From positions 132,032 to 171,721 of IMG/VR virus record IMGVR_UViG_3300045988_167796: DNA of 39,690 bases. The stretch is one strand, 5' to 3'. The position numbers were made by a program, and so were the translations under genes. Source of the stretch: a virus. A model generated the notes under the pieces. It was not told the DNA's origin. It saw only the letters and a list, made by a program, of their open reading frames with translations, and made no database searches. This document shows positions 1 to 10,279 of the stretch, piece after piece (positions within the stretch are counted from its first letter, which is position 1; every line of letters starts with the position of its first letter).

Positions 1-434
1 ATCGTTTTTTCCATTTCTCCTACACTCATTGTAGTAAGAACGTCTTTTAAATCTTTTATTGAATACATTGATTCATATACACGCTTCAACTGAGGGAATT
101 TATTAACAAGTTCATCGTCTTCTATAACGAAAAATGGCTTAATAACATATGAACTATTAGATCGAATAGCAGCAAGTAAATCCTGATATTCTACTTCTAC
201 AACGTCGCCATTATCGGTCCATCGATATACAATCTTAGACTTCATCCCTTCCATAAAAAGTTTCCCAGGCGTAATAGATTTACATGGGACACCTTCGTTT
301 TCAGCGTATACTTTCTTTTTTTCTACCGGTTTTGTTTCAACTTCTGTTGTCTCCGAAATAGTAGCCGTTACATCCTGTACTTCTACATCTTCTTTAACAA
401 CTTTAGTATTTTTGTTTTTCATTGCTGTTGCCAT
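1..434 (-). CDS. hypothetical virion-module protein (C-terminally truncated by window edge; start ATG at 434)
   Basis: Open frame on minus strand running off the window start; ATG at 434 preceded by AAAGGAGGAA SD; lies immediately downstream of MCP gene. Confidence 0.6.
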   Translation of the reverse strand, partial: MATAMKNKNTKVVKEDVEVQDVTATISETTEVETKPVEKKKVYAENEGVPCKSITPGKLFMEGMKSKIVYRWTDNGDVVEVEYQDLLAAIRSNSSYVIKPFFVIEDDELVNKFPQLKRVYESMYSIKDLKDVLTTMSVGEMEKT

Positions 435-449
435 GAAAATTCCTCCTTT

Positions 450-486
450 TAATCAAATATAGAGGTGGACGATAATCCACCTCTAT
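450..486 (-). terminator. rho-independent terminator/attenuator downstream of MCP gene
   Basis: 10-bp perfect hairpin TAGAGGTGGA-loop-TCCACCTCTA followed on minus strand by UAUUUGAUU; placed between MCP stop (511) and next SD. Confidence 0.6.
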
Positions 487-510
487 CTAAAAATCTTTAT
501 AAAATAATCA

Positions 511-1647
511 TTAAGCTAAAGTCCAAACCCCGAAATATTTCCCGATCTGAGTACCAACACCCATTGCTCTCTGTACTTCGTATTTCATTGTATCGTCCAT
601 ACGAGCACCTTTTTCGGTAACTTCGAAAATTTCTGTTTCGCCAACATCTACAAATTTGATGAATTTATCTTCAACCTGCGGCATGAAGAAAAGAGTTTTT
701 GGATCAAGCAGTTTCTTAGTAGTATCATTCAGAGCAAATCTCTGAGGAAGTTCAAACAGAGTATAAGGACCATAATATCCAAGTCTTCCTGTACGTGCTA
801 CGGAATCTTTCTGATCGTTTGTAATCCAATCAACATCCATCAGTTTATTGAACTGCTGAAGACCAGTTCTGGTTCCCATAATAACAACAGGAGCACCATC
901 ATTAGCCATAGAAACGTCTTCCAGAAGCTCATCAAGATCATCTTTTACAGACGCACTAAGAGCACCAGATCCTTTAAACTGTGCCGGGAGTTTCTTTCCT
1001 GCGTTCATCATTTCAGCATAAATATCTTCTTGAATTTTTCTTACAAAAGCAGCTGCACACTGATCAGTAAGTTTTGACCAATCAAGTCTTCCTGCAAGAT
1101 ACATATCAATATCTGCACCTACTGCAATACCGTATACAGAAGTAGTAACGGTATAGCTTTCACCAGAACCAAGTCTCTGGAGGGTGAAGTCATGATGATC
1201 GCCTGCAATTTTTGTTACAGACAGAATAACTTTGTCATTTGTCCAGAATTCCTGTCTATCTCCACGAGCAAGATTTCTTGTTTCAACATAATTATTGAAG
1301 AACTCAGACTCTTTAAATCCAGTCTCTACTTTAATATCAATCTCTTCTTCCATAACTTCAAACAGCTCTTTGCCATGTTTAGCCATAGCACGATTTCTGT
1401 CTCGTTTTGAAGAGTTCTCATTCAGTCCCATAATTGCATATACAAAATTACGTACTGTATCTTCAGCTTCTTTCTTAGTAATTTTATTACCGTCTTCATC
1501 AAACATCTCTACACCATGATTCAGATCGTATGTAAGCTGTTTAAATCCTTCGTAATTTTCTTCCGGTGTTACACCGTCTTTGCACAGATCTGTAAACACT
1601 TTCTGTACATGTTCGCTTAAATCAGAAAATAACATTTTCTTTCTCAT
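511..1647 (-). CDS. major capsid protein (HK97-fold-like), 378 aa
   Basis: Size, position after scaffold and small head protein in portal-scaffold-capsid order; strong SD; sequence composition typical of phage MCP. Confidence 0.65.
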   Translation of the reverse strand: MRKKMLFSDLSEHVQKVFTDLCKDGVTPEENYEGFKQLTYDLNHGVEMFDEDGNKITKKEAEDTVRNFVYAIMGLNENSSKRDRNRAMAKHGKELFEVMEEEIDIKVETGFKESEFFNNYVETRNLARGDRQEFWTNDKVILSVTKIAGDHHDFTLQRLGSGESYTVTTSVYGIAVGADIDMYLAGRLDWSKLTDQCAAAFVRKIQEDIYAEMMNAGKKLPAQFKGSGALSASVKDDLDELLEDVSMANDGAPVVIMGTRTGLQQFNKLMDVDWITNDQKDSVARTGRLGYYGPYTLFELPQRFALNDTTKKLLDPKTLFFMPQVEDKFIKFVDVGETEIFEVTEKGARMDDTMKYEVQRAMGVGTQIGKYFGVWTLA

Positions 1648-1666
1648 CGTCTACTACCTCCTTTCC

Positions 1667-2137
1667 TTAAGCTGCAACTTTCAGCTTTTTATTTTCTACA
1701 GTTACTGTCTTTCCTTCTTCCGGAGTCCCATCGAATCCAACTGCAGACAGCTCGAATACATCACCAGGGCAAAGCTCATAAGCTCTTACAACGTCACCAG
1801 CTGCGTTGTACCAACGAGATTCTTTTTTAAAGCTATTTGTCCATTCCTCTGTGATAAACGGCTGCATATATACATAAAGAGAAGTAACTGGATCAGCTTT
1901 AGTTACCTCTACATACCAATTTCCATTTGCAGCCTGTTTTCTAATAATTCCTTCAAATCCGGATGCTGCAGCTTCTGAATAAAGGTCGAGATCAAGAAAT
2001 TCATCTCTGGCAATAATTGCACCATTATCAGTGTCAGTATCCAGAACAACGTTATAAATATGTCCGCATTCCTGGCTTTTCAGTTTTGATGGCCAACTAA
2101 CGGCATGCGTATCATCGATTACATATTTTGTTGCCAT
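1667..2137 (-). CDS. small head-module protein (possible decoration/accessory protein), 156 aa; start moved to ATG 2137 with AAAGGAG SD
   Basis: ORF between scaffold and MCP genes; upstream track start lacks SD, internal ATG has SD. Confidence 0.5.
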   Translation of the reverse strand: MATKYVIDDTHAVSWPSKLKSQECGHIYNVVLDTDTDNGAIIARDEFLDLDLYSEAAASGFEGIIRKQAANGNWYVEVTKADPVTSLYVYMQPFITEEWTNSFKKESRWYNAAGDVVRAYELCPGDVFELSAVGFDGTPEEGKTVTVENKKLKVAA

Positions 2138-2164
2138 AACTTTTTCTCCTTTCATAAAAATTTG

Positions 2165-2195
2165 AGTACAAAAATAAGACCGCATAATGCGATCT
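2165..2195 (-). terminator. hairpin + U-run between scaffold gene and small head gene
   Basis: GATCGCAT-TATGCGGTC imperfect hairpin followed by UUAUUUUUG on minus strand. Confidence 0.4.
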
Positions 2196-2242
2196 TTTAA
2201 AATTGAGTATCTAAATATATTAATTAAAGTTTTTCAACTTAA

Positions 2243-3937
2243 TTACTTTGAAAATAATGAACCATAACGTCTCTTTTTCTGTGTAGTATTAAATGGCAAT
2301 CCTACTTTATTTGTTGCTTTATTTTTCTTTTCTTCTTTTGATATTTCAGAGAAATTAATATTGCCAGATTTAGCACAAGACAAAAGCATAGCATCGAGTT
2401 TTGCATTTAGCTCTTCAAGAGAAAATTCTTCATGATTCTTTGATAATTCAATAAAATCTTCTTTTTCAGAAATTGCTTTATAATCATTAGAGATAAATAA
2501 AGCGTCTTTCTTTTCTGCTTCTTCAGCTTTCTGATACGTTTCTAACTGAGATTTTACTTCAGAATAGTTAGAACGAAGCTCTGCAAGAGAGTCTTCTTCG
2601 TCTTTTGTAAGCCAATTAGCAAAGACTTCAACTCTGTCACCAATGAGAGAGAAGTTGTCATCTTCGCGTTTGTATGTCTGTTTGTAATTCTTATCATTCC
2701 ACCAATCACACATGATCACATAAGAATCATATACAGTTACTCCATACCATGTATTATCAGATTCTGAATATGTATCATTCACAAGATTATAAAGAGCAGA
2801 CTGTACATCATTTAATGAAAGCTCAAATTCTCTAACTGTCCCGTCCTCTTCAGTAATAGAACATTTCTTTTTCTTCTTTTTCTTTGTTGATCCTCCACAA
2901 GCTTCATTTTCTTTTACTTCCGGATCGTCTTCTCCATCTGAACCTTCATTATCTTCATGCTTTTCTTCGCCTTCTGATTCTTCATTTTCCTCAGTGAATG
3001 CTTTAGAAAAAGCAGCCTCCAGTTCTTCATCTGATAAACCTTCATATTCAAATGTAATATCTTCTTTTGTTTTATTGTATTTTTCTAAAAGTTCTTCAAA
3101 TTTATTCACCTGTTTATCCTCCTTTCCTTCAGCATTAGAGTTGTTTATATTGAAATTAGATAAAGAGGAAAGAGTACTATCCAATTTCTCTAATGTTTCA
3201 ATTAATTTTCTATCATTCATATTATTGTAATGAGAACAAATTGAGTTATTTTCTGTGCTGAAATCTTTAATATCAAGACGACTTCCTACCATTCCTTCTC
3301 CAATTTGAGTCCCATCTTTTTCTGATCCAAGACCCGTGCATCCGGAAAAATAAAAATCTTCTAATTCAAGATATTTTTCTTTTGCATTGTAAGACATTGT
3401 ATCAATACATAACTCTGCAGATACTTTTGTTCCTTCTTTTCTTCTTATAATATCAGCAGCAAGAGTGTATTCTTCTGGTATTGCAACTTCTGCAATAACA
3501 TATGTCTTATCCATATCTTTATCATATTCTAAATATGGATCATCTGCAGTGAATGTACCGACTTGTGATTCTTTATAAACAATTTGTTCTTCCCCATTTT
3601 CATCAACAACAATTTCCATATCGTGTCCATGAAAATCATATTCCCCAGAATCCAACTGATGAATATAAGCTAAAAATGGCCTATACTTTAAAGACGGCAT
3701 AGCCTTTTTCATATTATCTTCTGAAATATAAGAACCGTTTCTATTAAGCTCTGTATGACATACTTTTACTGTTGCAAATAATAATCCCTGAGTAGTATCA
3801 CTTTCAAAATACAATTCACCAGGGACCTGGACTGAAAGCGTGTATCCTGAATTTTGCGAGTTGAAACTATAAAACTTATTTTCTTCACAGAATTTAGCCA
3901 ATTGTTCTAAAGTTAATAGCTTATGTTTTTTCCTCAT
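2243..3937 (-). CDS. putative scaffolding protein / prohead protease-scaffold fusion, 564 aa
   Basis: Between portal and capsid genes; central highly acidic Glu/Asp-rich tract, K7 run, coiled-coil-like C-terminus; start at ATG 3937 with AAGGAGG SD (track start 3976 has none). Confidence 0.45.
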   Translation of the reverse strand: MRKKHKLLTLEQLAKFCEENKFYSFNSQNSGYTLSVQVPGELYFESDTTQGLLFATVKVCHTELNRNGSYISEDNMKKAMPSLKYRPFLAYIHQLDSGEYDFHGHDMEIVVDENGEEQIVYKESQVGTFTADDPYLEYDKDMDKTYVIAEVAIPEEYTLAADIIRRKEGTKVSAELCIDTMSYNAKEKYLELEDFYFSGCTGLGSEKDGTQIGEGMVGSRLDIKDFSTENNSICSHYNNMNDRKLIETLEKLDSTLSSLSNFNINNSNAEGKEDKQVNKFEELLEKYNKTKEDITFEYEGLSDEELEAAFSKAFTEENEESEGEEKHEDNEGSDGEDDPEVKENEACGGSTKKKKKKKCSITEEDGTVREFELSLNDVQSALYNLVNDTYSESDNTWYGVTVYDSYVIMCDWWNDKNYKQTYKREDDNFSLIGDRVEVFANWLTKDEEDSLAELRSNYSEVKSQLETYQKAEEAEKKDALFISNDYKAISEKEDFIELSKNHEEFSLEELNAKLDAMLLSCAKSGNINFSEISKEEKKNKATNKVGLPFNTTQKKRRYGSLFSK

Positions 3938-3954
3938 TTTCTCCTCCTTTCTTT

Positions 3955-3989
3955 GAGAATAAAAAATACTCCTCAAATGGGAGAGGAGT
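3955..3989 (-). terminator. hairpin CTCCTC..GAGGAG + U-run just upstream of scaffold gene SD
   Basis: 7-bp GC-rich stem followed by UAUUUUUUAUU on minus strand. Confidence 0.45.
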
Positions 3990-4168
3990 TAAATAAATAA
4001 TTTATCTGTATATGCAATGTTTTTTAAATTATGAAAAAGCATTCTTCCTTCATTTAAAAACGTCCACTGATTTGTATTTCTATTTACTAATTGAAACCCA
4101 GATTTCAACAATAAATCAGCAGAATCACTATCAGTCGTAATAATAAATTTCATATATTTATTTTCCAT
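3989..4168 (-). CDS. small hypothetical protein (59 aa) between portal and scaffold genes
   Basis: ATG at 4168 with weak GGTGAT SD; fills intergenic gap; below track length cutoff. Confidence 0.25.
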   Translation of the reverse strand: MENKYMKFIITTDSDSADLLLKSGFQLVNRNTNQWTFLNEGRMLFHNLKNIAYTDKLFI

Positions 4169-4183
4169 TTAATCACCATCCAT

Positions 4184-5752
4184 TTATTCATTAGCTTTAT
4201 CAGCCTTTTCTCTTGATGCTTCTCCATCGTCAGTAAGTTCGTCCGGATCTTTTACTTGTGATTCACTATCAGAATCATTTTCATTACCACTCTGAGTATA
4301 ACTTGATTGTAATGGGATTAATTTATCAGAAAGATGTAATACTTCTTCTTCTAAGAAATTAAGAGATAACGTATCTTTTTCAGAAAATTGATTAAGATTA
4401 TTATAAGCAAGCTTAGTTGGTAATCCATATTGAGCTGCTTCTAATAAATTTTTCTTTAATTCATTTTTAGTATAAGCACTTACTTCAAAGAACTTTACCT
4501 TTGCAGGACTAGAAACCCAATAACTCAAAAATCTATTAACCCAGCTCTGAGTTTGAGGCAGTAACATTGAAATAGCCATTTCTGTATCTGCCTGTACTGC
4601 AGCTGTAAATGCAGTTGTTCCTGTAATTGATTTAGAATTAAGTATTTGTGCACCACCAGAAGAATTAAATAATGTTTCTGTAGAAGTAGCTATTTTATTT
4701 GTATCCGTAGCTTTATCATTATTAAAAGAAATCTGATCTAGCTTTCCAGGAACAATAGCAGCAGAAGTGTATTCTGGTAATGCTTCATTTATCATCCTAT
4801 TAAAATATTCAATAACAATATCCGGAGAAACTCTCCAGTCATCAACATCTTCACTTCCTGTTATTGTTTCAAGTTCTAACCAAATCATTTTGTATATATC
4901 TTGTTCGTCTGCAATAGCTTGAAGATCGTCAAGATCAATAAGATTTATAATACCGGATAATAATCCTGAAAATACAGGTACTACAGTTTCCCAATCTTCG
5001 GCCCTTGCTTTAAAACACACTGCATATTCATCTGGCATTGGCTGCCATTTACCTGCTGTAGTATCAGATTCGTATGCACTATACATGGAAGTAAATGGTT
5101 CTCCCCACATTTCAAGTATAGTTTGTCTTGATCTAAAATAACTCATATCCATATGAAACGAAAAATCTCCAGTATTATATACTCCGGAGATTTTGCAATA
5201 ATCAGGATCTAGTGGTAAAATAAATAATCCAGTATCATCATAATATGCACATCCATAGAAAACATCTTCTCTGAAACATGTAACATATGCTTTTAGCATT
5301 TCATATTGCAGATTCATTCTATCTAATACATCTATTGTTTCCTGATATGATTTTAGCATTTTATTAGCGTCTCCACCTTTGATTAAATCATACTCTGGAA
5401 TAACAGACCTTGCTTCCAAACAAAACATATTCGCATTATACATAATTAATCTATAATATGGATGACATCTATAATATAAATACCTAGATAAATTCCTTAA
5501 GTTCTTTTCATTACTGCCTATGTTTTGCAAATACTGTCTTAAACTATCTTTATTAAATGCAGTAACTACTTTTGTACTTGTCTTAGTTACATCTCTAAGG
5601 CTTTTAATTCCTTCCATTGCTTCTTGATAATTAGCAATAGATTTTTTGTTTTTTTGGTATATATCACGCATTTCTGCGGCAGTATGATGTACCGGCGGCG
5701 CTGATTCAGTCACCGTATTTTTTGAAGCTCGTCTTTTCATTTTTTGTGCCAC
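4184..5752 (-). CDS. putative portal protein, 522 aa (GTG start)
   Basis: Size and position immediately downstream of terminase large subunit; GTG start 7 nt after AAGGAGG. Confidence 0.55.
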   Translation of the reverse strand: MAQKMKRRASKNTVTESAPPVHHTAAEMRDIYQKNKKSIANYQEAMEGIKSLRDVTKTSTKVVTAFNKDSLRQYLQNIGSNEKNLRNLSRYLYYRCHPYYRLIMYNANMFCLEARSVIPEYDLIKGGDANKMLKSYQETIDVLDRMNLQYEMLKAYVTCFREDVFYGCAYYDDTGLFILPLDPDYCKISGVYNTGDFSFHMDMSYFRSRQTILEMWGEPFTSMYSAYESDTTAGKWQPMPDEYAVCFKARAEDWETVVPVFSGLLSGIINLIDLDDLQAIADEQDIYKMIWLELETITGSEDVDDWRVSPDIVIEYFNRMINEALPEYTSAAIVPGKLDQISFNNDKATDTNKIATSTETLFNSSGGAQILNSKSITGTTAFTAAVQADTEMAISMLLPQTQSWVNRFLSYWVSSPAKVKFFEVSAYTKNELKKNLLEAAQYGLPTKLAYNNLNQFSEKDTLSLNFLEEEVLHLSDKLIPLQSSYTQSGNENDSDSESQVKDPDELTDDGEASREKADKANE

Positions 5753-5764
5753 ATCAGCACCTCC

Positions 5765-8700
5765 TTACTCGTCAAACATTGAATGACGTCTTCCTTTTCT
5801 TATGGTAAGCGAAGATACTAAAGATTTATCAGCTTTTGTCCTTCTTTTACCAGTAATATTCTTTCTTCTTTCACATTGTAAAGCATAAGCACTCATAGCA
5901 GCTGTGTAAGCTCTGTCGTCATGCAGTTTATTTTGCTTTTCTGGACATAATTCAAAAGAGTCTTTACCAGATTCTCTTTTAATACGTACCATATTTACAA
6001 GTTCTTCTTTTAGAGCGTCTATACTCCCAAGAGATGCTTCTTCTTGCCAATTTAATTTTTCTGTATGAGTTTTTACATTTTGAAGTTTATCCAATTCTTT
6101 TTGAACTATATCGTTTACTTCCTCATCTGAAAGATTTTGTTTTTTATACTTTTCCGTCAAAGATTCTTTTGTTTTTTCAAATTTATCTTTATCTATATCA
6201 AATATAGTTAAATATCCTTTTCCATCATAATTAGCAGTGAAACTTATTTTATCCTGATTCATAAGTTCTATCATTGCTTCATACATAATAGATTTATACT
6301 GAGTAGGAGACATAAGATGAATTTTATTTACTGCATTTGGGAACTTTTTCACATATTCTTCAGAATATTCTTTATCGATTAGACCTCTATGCATTTTACC
6401 ATCTTTACCTTTCCAATCAGGCATTAAATAATCGGCAATATTAACACCGCCACCACCAGAACCAGCGTCAATATAAATTCCAAGTATATTGCTATACGTT
6501 TCGTCCCCGCCTTGATTATAGTCAAGAATAACATCTTTTAAATAATCAATCTGATCCGGTGTTTGCATTGGAGTTTTTCGCTTATTACTAATATCAATAA
6601 GATTTATACAATTCAGTAATCTCATCTTATATTCAAGATCACCATCTTTATTTATTTCTGGATATACTTCTGAAACTAATATTACAGAATTATCTCTGGA
6701 TCTTGCCGGGTCATAAGCTATTACAATTTTACGGTCCCCAGTATCATTATATAGAATTGGTTTTCTAACTTCTTCGTTACGAGCTATTACACCTCTACGT
6801 ATGATAGCATTAGCACCTGCATCAGAAGTAAACTCACAATAGTATTCACGCCTTGCTTTTTCAGGATTACTTCTCATTGCCGCTTCAACAGTACTTTTAG
6901 ACAAAAGCGGTTCCATTACTTCGCCACGTATAGTTGGTTTAAATGCTACTTCACAGTCAATATGAGCAACAAAATAATCGGGATCACCCATTAATTGACG
7001 TTTACTAAAATCGCGATATAATTTATAAAACTCTGTATCAGTAGAAGAAGCAGAAGATATATAGAATAATTGATTTGGGATATTTGATGGAATACATCTT
7101 AGACGATTTCGATCGATAGACTTACCGTCACGATCTTTACCAGATTTAAAACTTTTATTTACGATTGCAAACGCTGCATATACAGACATCATTTCTTCAT
7201 CAAGGAAACCACATTCATCAAATACAACAGAACCACGTTTTCCCCTTTTTTTATCTATATTACTATTAAGAGTTTGCGTAAACGAGCCATTATATAAAGA
7301 ATATGAGAACCCATTAGAAGAGTGACTGAACCCATCTCCTGCAGCATTCTTTATCTCTACTTCAGCTTTAAAAATATAACCTGTAGAACCAAGCATTGTG
7401 TCAATATTATCATTTGCTAAACGCTCAAGTGTGGTAAATGTTTCTTCTGCCTGAGATCCAGAACCAGATGCTATATATGTCCAATAATTACTAAACAGCA
7501 TGTCTTTAGCCATTATCATAATATCAATTATAGTGCTATTATGCGTTACTGTATTTTTATTTCCACATAAAAATAGATGGCTTTCGCCATCTACTGATAT
7601 ACATTTTGTAGGTCTTGTTTCAACTTTTTCTATACATATGATTTGTTTTTTTATACTTGTCTTTGGATATTTATCTTTTAGTCTATCGTATTTTCTTTTT
7701 AACATAAAACAAGGATATTCTTTACTAGGAGTAAAGAAAAATCTTTTTGCCAAAAAAGTTTTTCCATTACATTTTCGTTCATATTCTTTACTTGTAAATT
7801 TAATTCCTAACGATGATAATAATGAATAAAATCCATTATATATTTGGTCTTTATCTATACTTTGAGTGAATTCAGCATGTCCTTGTTTGCTAACAGTTCC
7901 ATCTGTATCCATCAATCCACACAATAAATCCAATCGTTGTTCTACAGATGAAAAAATATAATCATTTGGTATATGTTTATTATTTAAAAGATTATTCTTT
8001 CTTAATAATGTTGTTAACGGTATATTGTCATTGTTATGTATAACAATTCTTTTATTATTTCTACTATCATTATTAATACTATGAATAATATACCCTCTTT
8101 TTTTTATTAATGAACACATCTCTTCGCAATCATCTATATGAGTAGTAATATAACCCATTTCAGAACAACCATCTCCTAACCACAATCCTAAAATATAAGG
8201 ATCAATAGGAAGTTCTTTTTCAGAATACTGAATTGGATCCGTCATAGGTACTGAATAACGCACTTCATTATAATCTTTATCCCATTTTTCAGAATACGTT
8301 TTACGTTTTGGAATTTTATATTTTTCATATAAAGTTTTAGTATCAATATCAATTAATTTATTTGGATTCCTTTGCCATCTATCAAATACACTCCAAATAT
8401 GATCTGCGTCAGCTATTATTTCTTCATTATCAGAAAATACTATTTTATAACAATCGTGATTTTGAAATATAGGAGATATATTATTAACTTTTACAGGACA
8501 TCCTTGTTCGTTATAAACATAATCACCAACATGAATATCTTTTATGCATTTATCTCCGTTTGGAGTAGGTATCCTGGTGTTTAAATCTAATGCCTTACCG
8601 AACCCACGCGTACAAACCAATAAAACATTTGGACAATTCCACGATCTCTGAATCACCCATGCTTGTGCATCAAGTAATTCTATATTAAAAAAATCATTTA

Positions 8701-8881
8701 TAAATCTTACGGGATTACATTGATAATATTTTTGTAGATTTGCAATTTTTATAAGACCTTCCAATTTTCTGGAAGATAGAGCATAAGATCCTGGCTTTAC
8801 ATAAATGGTATTATTCTGCACGCATTGATTTTCAAATGTCTCAGTGTACATGTCATGAATTATTTCTCTTTTATTTATCAT
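5765..8881 (-). CDS. terminase large subunit (TerL) precursor containing an intein; 1038 aa precursor, ~686 aa after splicing
   Basis: Walker A reconstituted as TRGFGK|ST across the intein, Walker B VVFDECGF downstream; start ATG overlaps stop of upstream gene (ATGA). Confidence 0.85.
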   Translation of the reverse strand: MINKREIIHDMYTETFENQCVQNNTIYVKPGSYALSSRKLEGLIKIANLQKYYQCNPVRFINDFFNIELLDAQAWVIQRSWNCPNVLLVCTRGFGKALDLNTRIPTPNGDKCIKDIHVGDYVYNEQGCPVKVNNISPIFQNHDCYKIVFSDNEEIIADADHIWSVFDRWQRNPNKLIDIDTKTLYEKYKIPKRKTYSEKWDKDYNEVRYSVPMTDPIQYSEKELPIDPYILGLWLGDGCSEMGYITTHIDDCEEMCSLIKKRGYIIHSINNDSRNNKRIVIHNNDNIPLTTLLRKNNLLNNKHIPNDYIFSSVEQRLDLLCGLMDTDGTVSKQGHAEFTQSIDKDQIYNGFYSLLSSLGIKFTSKEYERKCNGKTFLAKRFFFTPSKEYPCFMLKRKYDRLKDKYPKTSIKKQIICIEKVETRPTKCISVDGESHLFLCGNKNTVTHNSTIIDIMIMAKDMLFSNYWTYIASGSGSQAEETFTTLERLANDNIDTMLGSTGYIFKAEVEIKNAAGDGFSHSSNGFSYSLYNGSFTQTLNSNIDKKRGKRGSVVFDECGFLDEEMMSVYAAFAIVNKSFKSGKDRDGKSIDRNRLRCIPSNIPNQLFYISSASSTDTEFYKLYRDFSKRQLMGDPDYFVAHIDCEVAFKPTIRGEVMEPLLSKSTVEAAMRSNPEKARREYYCEFTSDAGANAIIRRGVIARNEEVRKPILYNDTGDRKIVIAYDPARSRDNSVILVSEVYPEINKDGDLEYKMRLLNCINLIDISNKRKTPMQTPDQIDYLKDVILDYNQGGDETYSNILGIYIDAGSGGGGVNIADYLMPDWKGKDGKMHRGLIDKEYSEEYVKKFPNAVNKIHLMSPTQYKSIMYEAMIELMNQDKISFTANYDGKGYLTIFDIDKDKFEKTKESLTEKYKKQNLSDEEVNDIVQKELDKLQNVKTHTEKLNWQEEASLGSIDALKEELVNMVRIKRESGKDSFELCPEKQNKLHDDRAYTAAMSAYALQCERRKNITGKRRTKADKSLVSSLTIRKGRRHSMFDE
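7538..8593 (-). mobile_element. intein (352 aa) with LAGLIDADG homing endonuclease inserted in TerL P-loop
   Basis: N-terminal block A ALDLNTRI (Ala1 instead of Cys/Ser), two LAGLIDADG motifs (ILGLWLGDG, LLCGLMDTDG), C-terminal ..TVTHN followed by Ser+1; excision restores GFGKST. Confidence 0.8.
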
Positions 8882-10179
8882 GTTTTGCCACCGCCATCTT
8901 CGTATTCCTGTTCTATATTTTCGTCTACCTCATTTTCTTCATCGCTAAAACAAGAGAATAAATCGTTAAGATCTACGAGATTTTCATGATTAAGCATATT
9001 ATGTTCTTCAAGAAAATCCTTTAAATCAATATTCTCACGCAATAATATTCTGGATATTTCTTTATAGTTATCCAGATCTTTGCGCAAATCTACAACTGTT
9101 TCTCTCATTTCCGCAAGCATATCAGAATATTCAGATTCATCTAGTCGTAATTGTTTTAATATAGAAGCGTTGCTCATATCCATAACTTGTTGCATTCCTC
9201 TGCATGTTCCTATATCAAAACCATTTACTTCGCCTTCACGAAGATTCATATCTTTAATCTTCTTGATTTTTCCCGTCCACGTATTTTCCCCTTTCTTAGC
9301 ATTTTTATTATTTTTAAGAGATATACAGCTTTCGGCGGCAAGATCTTTTATCATAGAAGTACATTGCTTTTTACTATCTTGTAAAGACTTTATAGTACCG
9401 GAATTTTTCTGCAGATTTGCAGAATCTGACATATATTTAACAAGACTATCGTCAATTTTTGAATTTTGTAAGAAACCTCTCACAATAGAAATAGCAGAAG
9501 CAGTACGGACCATATCGTCATTTCCTTCTTCGCTTGAATCTAATATACCCAATAATTGCGAATATAATAAAGGTTGATCAGAAATTGCTTCTTTTTCAAA
9601 TGGATCGTAACTAAGCAAACGAATTACATCTTTTTTATTTTTTAAATAATCTGAATATGTATCTTGATCTTCGCGGCCTACCGCAATATTTTCCGGAGTT
9701 TTTTCATCATCATATATTATTTTCTCTTTAAACATATCAGAATCCTGATACGTAAGCCCTACATATTGTCCCATAGCAATATTTTTGATATAACTTGTCC
9801 ATGGATTATACTTTATCCTTCCAGACACAAGATTTTCAGACTCTTGTACGCTTGCATCCCATACTCTGTTAAGAAATGGCTTATTTAAGTATTTTAATGC
9901 TAATTGTACTGATTCCTTTGTAGGTTCGTGCTCATCACCATTTTTATCTACTCGCAAAGCAATCTTTCGTGCGCATTCTTTACAAATAGGTGTTAATTCA
10001 GATTTACACATTGGATCTGTACTTAAATAAAATTTATCTTTGCTTTTTATTGTGTCGCACATATGACACCACGCAGAACTTTTTAATTTATCAATTTCTT
10101 GCTCTAAAGTTTCTATTTTCTTTTTCATTTGAGTCGGAGTTATTTTTACCGGCTCTGTATTTTTCTTTGCAGTTGCCAC
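8878..10179 (-). CDS. hypothetical protein, 433 aa, Cys-rich N-terminus and acidic coiled-coil C-terminus; possible small-terminase/DNA-binding partner
   Basis: GTG start after AAGGAGG; stop overlaps TerL start (translational coupling); C-x2-C clusters. Confidence 0.7.
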   Translation of the reverse strand: MATAKKNTEPVKITPTQMKKKIETLEQEIDKLKSSAWCHMCDTIKSKDKFYLSTDPMCKSELTPICKECARKIALRVDKNGDEHEPTKESVQLALKYLNKPFLNRVWDASVQESENLVSGRIKYNPWTSYIKNIAMGQYVGLTYQDSDMFKEKIIYDDEKTPENIAVGREDQDTYSDYLKNKKDVIRLLSYDPFEKEAISDQPLLYSQLLGILDSSEEGNDDMVRTASAISIVRGFLQNSKIDDSLVKYMSDSANLQKNSGTIKSLQDSKKQCTSMIKDLAAESCISLKNNKNAKKGENTWTGKIKKIKDMNLREGEVNGFDIGTCRGMQQVMDMSNASILKQLRLDESEYSDMLAEMRETVVDLRKDLDNYKEISRILLRENIDLKDFLEEHNMLNHENLVDLNDLFSCFSDEENEVDENIEQEYEDGGGKT

Positions 10180-10202
10180 AACAACCCCTCCTTATATTCT
10201 GA

Positions 10203-10275
10203 AGCCCCTGATAGGAGTTGAACCTACAGCCTTCTCATTACAAGTGAGTTGCGCTGCCAATTGCGCCACAGGGGC
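10203..10275 (-). tRNA. tRNA-Thr (anticodon UGU)
   Basis: Manual cloverleaf: acceptor GCCCCTG/CAGGGGC, D GCGC/GCGC, anticodon loop CUUGUAA, T-loop TTCAACT. Confidence 0.8.
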
Positions 10276-10279
10276 GTAA

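Noticed and set aside
1192-1978. Plus-strand ORFs (72-132 aa) overlapping the MCP gene, and many similar antisense ORFs across the window (e.g. 2994-3230, 7500-7829, 9080-9577, 13372-13728, 17579-18031, 18784-19059, 19886-20137, 29319-29537, 30094-30363, 33116-33361, 33472-33777, 34279-34688, 36286-36555, 37339-37539, 39098-39388)
   Set aside because: They lie opposite long, well-supported genes, lack SD sequences and have low-complexity Phe/Ile/Leu-rich translations typical of shadow frames in AT-rich DNA.
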